A stretch of DNA of 62,980 nt, filler included, from Choristocarpus tenellus KU-1152 (Eukaryota; Protista; Phaeophyceae): assembly GCA_964200185.2 (NCBI GenBank). It is 6 parts of 6 records of this genome, joined end to end, with 100 filler letters (N's around TTAATTAATTAA, not from the genome) between each part and the next. Parts side by side here need not be neighbours in the genome. Positions count along the whole stretch, not along the records: positions 45,754 to 62,980 come from CAXNAD020000700.1; 5 more parts are not named here. The stretch is one strand, 5' to 3'. Positions 54,101-62,980 of this stretch are shown here, one piece after another (within the stretch, counting starts at the first letter, position 1; every line of letters starts with the position of its first letter). The notes beneath the pieces are model-generated. The model ran no database searches and was not told the origin of the DNA. It was given only the letters and a program-made list of their open reading frames with translations. Made by a program: the position numbers and the translations under genes.

Positions 54101-57100
54101 AATACTGCGAAATTCTGATGGTGTATTGATAGTAGGAACAGGGAAAACAGTCAAGGTCTTAGAGGACTGAGAGGAGCCAGAATACCCCTATGTTGACATC
54201 ACAGGAAGTACAGAGCCTATACTATTTCCTGTACCTCGAAAGTGTGAGCGGCAACATTTGTGTGCCCAGAAAAATGAAGCTGTGGTTTGAAAAACGTGAG
54301 GGGAGACGATAGGGGGTGAGCTCCAACCTTTTCCTCCGCTTCATACTGCACACCAAGGATGGGAGAGGCAAAGTAGATCTTGTGGAGGGCAGAAATCTCC
54401 TTGAATATCTGCTGAAGGTGTTCGGGTGGATCAAGGCGGAACCCTGACAGGGGTCGGAGATCTTGTGAGGGAAAGGCGTGTGGGTGTTAGGCGAGATCTA
54501 CACAAGATGTGCATAAAGATCTCTTATGGAGGACAAGCGTGCTTTCTGAGAAAAAGGATTAATCAACTATGTCCAAGTCTTAGAAATGCTGCAACTAAAG
54601 GTTACGTTGATGCATGGTGGGTGGTTGAAGGTGCTTGAACATTGCATTGAGTGTAGAGAAAGGTAACACCTGCAATTGCAAGGAGACCTGAAATGAAATG
54701 TAGCCTTCAGAAGCAGGTTCAACCTATTCAACCACAAATTAATGCTTGGACTCGCCAAAGTATGATTGTCTGCAGTACCTAAGGTTCTATAGAGGTAACC
54801 CAGAGTTTATGATGTATGTTGCCACTTAATCCCAGTATATGCCGAAGACATCCTTGAGATAGGTATTTGTTGTCCATGGTGTGTTCAGAGATGTACCCCA
54901 AGATCAATCGCAACCTCCCCTCAACCCACATAGAATACTCACAAATGTGACCTGAAAGACACCTCCCATCCCTAGTCCCTACACAGCTTTGAAGTCCAGT
55001 ATCAAAGCCCTCCCCCCAGGAACGCCTGCCAATGATACAGATTGGAATGGCGGGGTTTTGAGGAATCCATGGCAGATCACGATCTCTTACCTAGGATGTA
55101 GCCACCAGACTTCGCGGTCGTTTCCACCACTAGTGCCTGGCCGAACTTCGAGTCTCGCACACGAATGCTCCGCTGGGTTAAGGTAGAGAGTTGGGTAGTA
55201 GCAGCATCAGCAGAGATAGATATGGAAAGGGGGAAGAGCAGTGTATGGGCTGGCACAGGGACATGTGCTGCTGCGAGTAACTGCGTGAGATAATACCAGA
55301 GAGCTTATGGTATGGTTCAAACATTGTTGTACAACTGCAAGATATCGCATCACCATTTGATCAATATCTATAAATAAGTAAGCACTAATGCAACAGAGAA
55401 CACCTCTCTAGAACCCTCTGAGTTCTTTGTACTGCGTTGGATGGATAAAGAGAAGAGACTGGTGGGAAGATTTCTGATCATAGTGCTATGGGTTGTGTAT
55501 AAATTGCCTCTGTTGGCGACATGGTATTGCCTGTCTCTCGAGTTAATTCTCGCCAGGTATACCCAAGAGCAAGACCACGTTCTCTGTCCCCTCATGCGCA
55601 AAATACATCCACCCAACACTTTATCTGTTACTCCTCTCACTAGCATCTTTCGTGTCCACTCTTTGGGATAATTTTCAAAAGAGCATTCAATCTTCATCTC
55701 ATACTCCAACAGGTTGTTCAGGTCGTGCTCAGCAATACCAGTTCAAACATTTTCTGTTGGGTAGTACCAACCACGATGAGAAGGGAGTCCATTTTCCACT
55801 TGAACCCCGCAAGTCCAACGCATTTAAAGCTCGTACATGATGAAGTGGTTGTACCCCCTTGTGTAAAGTGCGTCTAATTGTTACTCAACACCACGAAATC
55901 TTAATCCTACTCTGATTAAAGAGTGGCGAGCTTCATGATGGACCTTGTTCCGACAAGTGGACGAACAGGAGTGCCCTCCTCTCCGGGTAAGACAAACGCC
56001 ATTGTTATTTTCCAAAGGGGGGAGGTACCCTTCTCGAGAGGCGTGGAGACAATTGTAATTCAGAGCGTACCCTTTCTTGACACTAAAGAGTCGAAGAAAG
56101 AAACCTTGATCTTCAGAAGAAGTGTCCAGACACACCCACAAAATTGTCCCCCTCTCGCACTGGCAAAAAAAGTGTATGAGAGATGTGTTTGGGGTGTTGT
56201 TCTTGCAGTTGGAAGCATTTACCATCTGTATGTAGGGAATCGATACATTGAAGTTCTGCGCGAGGTTAGCGTGCCAAACCACTCGAATGTTGGTGATGAA
56301 GAAGGTACCGAGGTTTCCCTGATCGGAAGAGAGATTCCACACCCCTTGGACCTGGCGATGACGTGGGTTTTGAGACAGAGACGTGTTATGTGATAGGGGG
56401 CATGGTTTGAACCTCTTGGTAGAATTTGGTTGAGCAGTTGTTCATGACTCATACAGAGTGTACCCTCCTGTTATCCCATTAAAATTTGTGTTCTTGGTTG
56501 AGACAAGGTGTCATGGAAGGGTGTAATGCTATTGATTCGAGGATGATGCAAGCTGAATAACGATAGCAAGCAATGTGTTTCAGTTGCTATCTTACACATT
56601 GGGGAGGCTTAACATATCATCAGACTAATCTCTAAGGTAATATGGGTCGCAATGAGGGCAGGGGAGATCGGAAGTGGTTAGTGACCGAAGTGAAGCAACT
56701 AACCCCTATTTTGGAAAGTATTAATGTGACTATCCCTTCTCCCTCTCATAGACCTCTCAGAGTTCAGGTGCCGGCCCTGGATGAATGGAACTAGCTGGTG
56801 CTTGTTACCGTAGTGTGCACAGGCCAACACGTCTGATATCATTCTGAGCAACACTGATTATCTAGCTTGGATCTCTGTGGTGAACTAGTTTAACCTACTG
56901 GAGCCAGGCTCAACCAAACCATGAAATCGCTTTGTGTGCAATCACCCCTTGCTTCCACCTAGAGTAGTAACAGCTCTTGGGCGTCCCTTGTGAAATACAA
57001 GCAGTGCTTGATAAGCATAGTGAAATGGTGTAGTAGCCCCATAGCAGACCCCCTGCAAATTGGAAATTGACCCAAACCAATATAATATACTACGTAGTAT

Positions 57101-57592
57101 AAAGTAGTCTTTTGCTTAACCTGATTGTAGATTTCCTCCTGTGGGAGAGAAATGAGCTGCATATCTTTGACCACGGAACCGCGTAGTTTCAAATCTCTGT
57201 AGGTGGTGGTTGTCTCGTATGCCCTGTTTTGTACATGAAGGTCAAAAGATCGACAGGGATTTTATTGGAGAGACTTAGCAGATGAGCTTGTTTTCGATAC
57301 CAAAGGTTTCTACTTGGGGTATTCAATTGAGAAAAGATTTTATCCACCTGGAAATGTCGTCGGATTGTATGAGTTTCTTTCATAGGTCGAGCATACTGCA
57401 GCAGATATACTCAGAGAAATGTACTAAGTATATTGATTACAGGCCCAAAGTATCTGGGGGGGCGGGTGGAAACTGTCCATTCTGGGCCCAATTTTCCAAG
57501 TCGTGATTTTTGGGTGATTTGGTTACATGCGTCGGATGGATATTATAAGTTCACTTCTCCTAGTCAGGGCCTGTATGGACACCTTGGTGTAG

Positions 57593-57624
<32 letters not shown>

Positions 57625-58984
57625 ACCCTCCCCCCCCCCCCGCCCCCGCCTCGCGCCCCCCCACCCACATTTTGTCCNNNNNNNNNNTTCTCCTAGTCAG
57701 GGCCTGTATGGACACCTTGGTGTAGACCCCCCCACCCCCCCCCCACCCCCCAGATATGTTGAGCCCACATTCGTGGGGTGTTTTGGAAATAGTCAACAAA
57801 ATTGTTGCCTAATGGATGCCTTGATGATGAAATTGTTGGCTATTTACTAGGGTGATAAATGACCTACGCATGTGAACGATTTACTCAGTATGTACAGATG
57901 AAAAGAGAACCACTGGGCATGATATAGAAGGGGATAGATTTTGAAGCTAAGGTGCAGATCCCCTTGCAGGCCTCCGTCCCACACCCTGAACAAGCAATCT
58001 TTCTGGACTCCTCTCACTGAGAGGATGCAAAATGTGCTTACCTGAGCACTGCCTGCACTGTGGTGAACAATCGTGGCGAATTCTTCACTAGACTGGTGAA
58101 TATGAATTCAAAGCGACAGGCTTGAGACTTCGCCACAATACAGAGGGCTTGGGTATTCCCTCGCAGCTTTGATCTTGCATTCTTAATAGTAATGTTCAGG
58201 ACAGTGCCAAAGCCAATGCCTGGTTCAGTTCGATGCATTGTTCGGGAGCAAATGTCAGGAATGAGTTGGGCAGATCTGGACGTCACTTGGCCAAAGATGA
58301 GTGCAATATAGCGCACATATGAATCCTGTACATCACTTGCGAAGTCAGATGTGGGCAAAACATTGTGAGCGTCTACAGCTGACTGATTCTTTTCTAGCAT
58401 AGCTGTCACTCACGGAGGGTAGGTCAGGTGTTGTTATGACTACCAAGGAGCAGCAGAAACGTGTATGACCGTAGAGTCTGCTGCCAGGAGTGACTGAGTA
58501 TCGAGATTGAGACTCACTGAGGTTGGTTCGAGAGATCTTGTGAGATATCCAGAGCATCCTCAGACTGGTAACCACAAGCGATCCTGAGGGGTTTGAAAGC
58601 TGCCACCTCAGACGACGATGTGGGTTGAGTTCCAAACATATATACTGAGCAATAATTTAGGAATATACCCATTCTTCGAAGAGAGGCCTCAAGCCTGCTA
58701 ACCATGAGCAACCCAGACATTCTCGAAGCCTTCATATTGGAGTATCACATCCATTCCCGATCTTTTCTCTGGCGACAATCCTAGACTGTCTCACGCACAC
58801 GACTCTTCAGACCAATTCCTATCCTTTGATACTCACCCCTCTCGCCGCCGTTTCCCTTGGTATCCTCGACGGAGTTGATGGAATCGACAACATATTCCCC
58901 TCTTCGACACTTCATCATTTTGGGGACAGAGTCGAACCGGATCTCACGGTCCTGCCAAACATAATCCTCTGACTTAATGGACAT
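51169..58984 (-). CDS. BBS5: Bardet-Biedl syndrome 5 protein (BBSome subunit), 9 exons
   Basis: Exons 58984-58837, 58583-58518, 58219-58042, 57223-57121, 56351-56223, 55172-55091, 54443-54328, 52734-52600, 51252-51169. Reads WQDREIRFD...[13 protein letters not shown]...RFEFIFT...YRDLKLRG...[26 protein letters not shown]...[10 protein letters not shown]...SGGYILGFRLDP...[19 protein letters not shown]. Confidence 0.96.
53141..53606 (+). mobile_element. MITE family A (diverged) containing a nested family B copy
   Basis: GATCCAAAGCATTTCAGAGGG ... CCCTCTTGAATGTTTTGGGTC; the family A body resumes after 53483. Confidence 0.85.
53302..53483 (+). mobile_element. MITE family B nested in family A
   Basis: GACTCAAAGTATCCGGGG ... 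CCAGATACTTTAAGCC; TSD TGT/TGT. Confidence 0.9.
57442..57766 (+). mobile_element. MITE family B in a BBS5 intron, spanning a mis-assembled poly-C gap
   Basis: GGCCCAAAGTATCTGGGGGG ... CCCCCAGATATGTTGAGCC(C); flanks ACA/ACA if the right end is at 57766. Confidence 0.85.
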
Positions 58985-59228
58985 ATCCTCTCTCTATCTT
59001 CCCACCCCCTTCGTATCAGCCTTCCTCTACATATTCTTACTTTTTGGATATATGGAACAAGAATTGTTAGTGATAACTGATACCGAAAAAGTTATTGGTT
59101 GGTAAAAGTCGGTGTAAATGAGAGAAGTGAACCAACTTTGGGACTAGTACCACAAGCACAAGTACCCCGACTAAGCATAGGATCCAGCACTCTTTTCTCC
59201 TCCACCTAGCTTGTCACCTTACCAAAGT

Positions 59229-61885
59229 ATGGCTGCAGTACGTTCCTTGCTTGGGAAAGGAGCTATGGCCCTGCGCAACCCTGCAAGGGTGAGTCCTTAG
59301 TTTGCCATACATCGGTAGGACACCACCCCACCAGTTGATGTACTCACTAGAATGTCACCCAACATGATTGCAAATGTTTCATACCTTTGTGGATGTTGCC
59401 GCAATCCTGAATCTGATCAGACCATTCCTGAAGGTCTATGGTGGGCCAAGAAACTAAAGTGGTAGTTGACAAATTTCTAGTTGTTTGTTGAGGAGAAGTA
59501 TCGCTCAACTTCATTTCCCGTCGGTGAAACTTCTACTTGCAATGCAACACATGAATGAAGGCGTCATCAAGGAAATCATTAGCGGGTCAGATCCTCCCGG
59601 CCGTAGGTGGGGTGGGGCAGGCGAGACTGCTGAACGTGCATGAGTATGTCTCCATGGAGCTCATGGCGGAGCACGATATCGGCACCCCCCAGAGCAAGGT
59701 GGCCTCTACTGCTGAGGAGGCGGAGAACATGTGCCGCGAGATGATGAATGGGGAAGGCAAGTCGGCCAAAAGCGTTTTTCATTGGGGGAGTGGAGTGGGG
59801 AGTGGTGCTTGCTGAAAAGCTGAGCCTTGACCGCTTTGTTGAAGGGGGTAACCCTTGCATGCTCTGCTACCGTTGGAACTGATGCACCATAAAGCATATG
59901 GAAAATTAAAATTAAAGTTGGTATGGCGTGCGCTCAACAATCCAGGATTACACAATCTCTACGATCCCCACATCTTAACCACCTCAAATGCCCAGCAGCT
60001 GGACCTGGTGTGTGTTTGTACTAAAAACCGTTACATTGTTTTCTCCTTCCCCTTGTCCTTCAAATCGATAATGCTGAAGTCTTTGCTAGGCTATGAGGCT
60101 GGACTGACAATAGACAGGAGCCATAGAGAGGCAGACGTTTGCGGCCATTTCATTGAGAGTTAATTTAATTTTGTCCAACTCGTTGCCAATGTGCTACATT
60201 TCCGCCACTTTGCTCTTTTCGAAATCAGTCAACACTTCACCTTACTGTATCACAGTTGAGCAAAATCTGCTGGAAGAGACCCCATTCACTTCCCTCCTCC
60301 CACGGCCCATTTCATGTACGTCAGACTCGCAATAATGAATAGAGTACTTTAGGCTTAAGCACATCCCGAAATTCAAAATCCTCGATCCAAGAAGACAACG
60401 AAAAGACTTGAAGTTTGAAGGCATGTGCTTGTCTCTCAGGACATCATGCACAATAACCGATTATTTGGTGGTGTGTCTGCCTTATGTGTTATTTGCTGGC
60501 GAGCTTTTAGTTTTAACTTAAGAATGCGGTTATTTGGTCTCATTCTTGCTTCAGGGTTACATGGGTGGGCTATCCTACCCTGCAGTAACGTTTATATTTT
60601 CAGGGACTCTGGATGGAGCTCCCCCCTGTCATATAATGTGTCATTATTGCTGTCTGAACTCATGAGTCATTTCAAGTTTGGTAGAATGTAATCTTGTGTT
60701 GTATGCTGGGTCTCCTGCTGTCATCTAGGCACCCTCACTAATGGCGAAGAAATGTGCCTTCAAGTCATCTCTCAGGATGAATGAAGTGGTCCTGTTTTCT
60801 CAGTGATGTTTCACAATAAATTTGCCAGTGGTGTGTAAGTCTGTGTGCCTCCAAGGGTCGTACAAGAACCTACCTATCGTTGGAGGCATCTGCCTCTCCC
60901 TCCATCACACCTTGGCATTCCAAGTACCACCTGTGCTGGTTTTTATCGTTAACCTGGGATTCCTTCACCTTTTTTCTCTTAGATTTTATTATTTATAGTT
61001 TGTATATTATACTTTGGACACATTAATGCTTGTCGTTATAATATGAAGGGCCTCAACACAGGTGTTAACACTTTTTTATTCAGCAGAGGATTAGGTCAGT
61101 AGTAATTTCGATTTACCTCTTCAAATTATTATTTTCTTCAACTGTCAATCAGGTCATAACATCATCATGCGATACCAAAAGTGGTAGCTGTATTCGCCCG
61201 CCCCCCCATGTGATATCTTAATAAATTGTTAACAGTATGTCACTGATCTCGAGTTACATTTGCTGGGCCCGATTCAAACACTGTTTCAGAGAAAAAAATG
61301 AATTGAAAAATTGAAAAATTGGAAAATTGAATAGCTTTCTTTTCTGCTATTAGTAGTATTTAAATCGAAGATATTTGTGGACACATCTCAGGTCAAGAAT
61401 GTGAATTGCTTCCAGGAGACCAACCTCAGGTCGCATGCATTTTCTTTCTCTGTTACGCCATTACATTTTCTTCTTCTGTTTGCTCTCCTCCCCTGCCTGC
61501 AGAAATACCCCAAATCAACTTCAACTAATGCGTGTTCCTTTTCCCCGTGTGACAGTTCTTCTTATAATCATTGCAAAAGAAAAATCGCCAACCAACTACT
61601 GCATCACAGTTTGAAGTGCTTGGATTCTCAGATGAATTGGCTTGTACCAGCATTATAACCAGAACTCTTCATAAGATCAATCTCCTTGTCCATTTTGTCC
61701 ACAGCTGTTGCCCCCCCCCCCCCCCCTTCCCTTCAACCAACCCCCCCCTGTTGCACCTGGCGTTTCCTGCCTGCTCTGACTGCAGTGGGAAAGGATGTGG
61801 TGATTAAGGCGCAGGTTCTCAGCGGAGGAAGAGGTCGTGGGAGCTTCAAGAACGGTTTCAAGAGTGGCGTGCACATGTGTCTCAA
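59229..61885 (+). CDS. SUCLA2: Succinyl-CoA ligase beta subunit, mitochondrial, 5' partial
   Basis: Exons 59229-59288 (presequence MAAVRSLLGKGAMALRNPAR), 59591-59756 (ARLLNVHEYVSMELM) and 61786-61885 (DVVIKAQVLSGGRGRGSFKNGFKSGV). ADP versus GDP specificity cannot be determined from this fragment. Confidence 0.92.
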
Positions 61886-62980
61886 GTGAGAGAGGTGGTG
61901 AAGAATGGTTGGGTATGGGGTGTGTGTGTGTGTGTGTGGAGGGGAGGGGGGGGGAGAGAGAGAGAGTGAACTTTTGGTGTTGTTTTGGTTTGCTCTTGGT
62001 TTTCGTGGTTGATCAGGAACATCGTTGAAGTGAGTCGTGGCGAAAATAATTGAATAATAAAAAATAAAATCTATTTTTTGTTTGTTTGTTTGCAAGTAGG
62101 GACTTGTTTTGTTGTGTAGGGAAGGGAGGGAGGGGCCTTGGTGTAGTATGGATTTTTTAAAAATATTTAAAAAATATTTTATTTTATATTATTTTATTTC
62201 ATATTATTTTATATTATTTTTTTGTTTTCTGATTCTCGAAGTGTTGGTGGTTTTTTGTTTTTGTTTTTATGTGTGTATATGTATCTATGTACATACAATA
62301 TCCACAGTTACAAACATAAAAAAAATGTGTATTGCTCGGGACCAGGTTTATGTTTTGGGAGGTCAGGGATCAACTGTGGCTGATGGATGTGAAAAATCCA
62401 TCCCCTCCCTCCCCCTATAAAGGCTCTTCAACTATAAAAAGTAGTTCCTTTGTTTTTTCTTGTTTCCTTCTAATAATCACAACACTGGCTCTATACTACT
62501 GAAATTTGTTGGCCTGTGCAGATAGAGACGAACATTTCGCATGTCCTATACTAGGTAGTGTGTAGTACATGTTGGGTAGAAGAGGACAGCATCCCTAGCT
62601 ACTCTAACACCTTTTTTTGTCACTTTGAACATTTCGGGTACACCAGCAATAGACTATTGTACAATGAATGTATAATATAGACTTTTGATCGTGTAAGTGT
62701 TGTGAATCGAAAGCACATTTTTTTTTTATGAGCGCTCTTCAAGAGGCGGATTGACTCTATTATATATATATATATATTTTATGAGCGCTCGCACGAAGAA
62801 CAATATATATATATATTTTTTTTCAGTTTCAGTTCATGGTGATTTTAATCAAATCGTAGTGATCCAATCACATCACAATGAATACTGTTATTATTAACAC
62901 GCCAGTACAATAGGGTGCCCTTCATCCCCCCCACCCCCCCCCCCCCCCCCCCCCCCTCCCCCCCCCCCCCCCCTCCCCGC

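Noticed and set aside
57555-57733. Direct duplication of TTCTCCTAGTCAGGGCCTGTATGGACACC... around the 10-N gap
   Set aside because: Most likely an unmerged contig overlap across a poly-C tract.
25569-58984. Ciliary gene cluster (tectonic + BBS5)
   Set aside because: The genes are on different contigs separated by artificial spacers, so linkage is unsupported.

Overview
Eukaryotic, intron-rich genomic DNA, most consistent with a brown alga or related ochrophyte. This is an inference from gene content, ciliary genes, TTAGGG repeats and distal branch points. The window is an artificial concatenation of six contigs joined by 100-nt N spacers containing TTAATTAATTAA, so adjacency across spacers has no biological meaning. 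Hand-spliced genes: a heat-shock transcription factor (3 exons), PCNA (4 exons), omega-amidase NIT2 (4 exons) head-to-head with a partial mitochondrial HSP90/TRAP1, a partial tectonic-family gene, and complete BBS5 (9 exons) head-to-head with a partial succinyl-CoA ligase beta subunit that needs a GC-AG intron. The rest is transposon debris: CRE-like non-LTR remnants, a gag-only remnant, a decayed Ty1/copia element hit by four MITEs, and about 16 copies of related MITE families. The two most unusual signals are as follows. (1) A 398-bp LTR is joined to the entire 3' half of a CCA-ended tRNA-Ser and a 15-bp x5 junction repeat, all inside a CTAG target duplication. (2) Sister MITE families share terminal and subterminal motifs but make 4-bp versus 3-bp target duplications.
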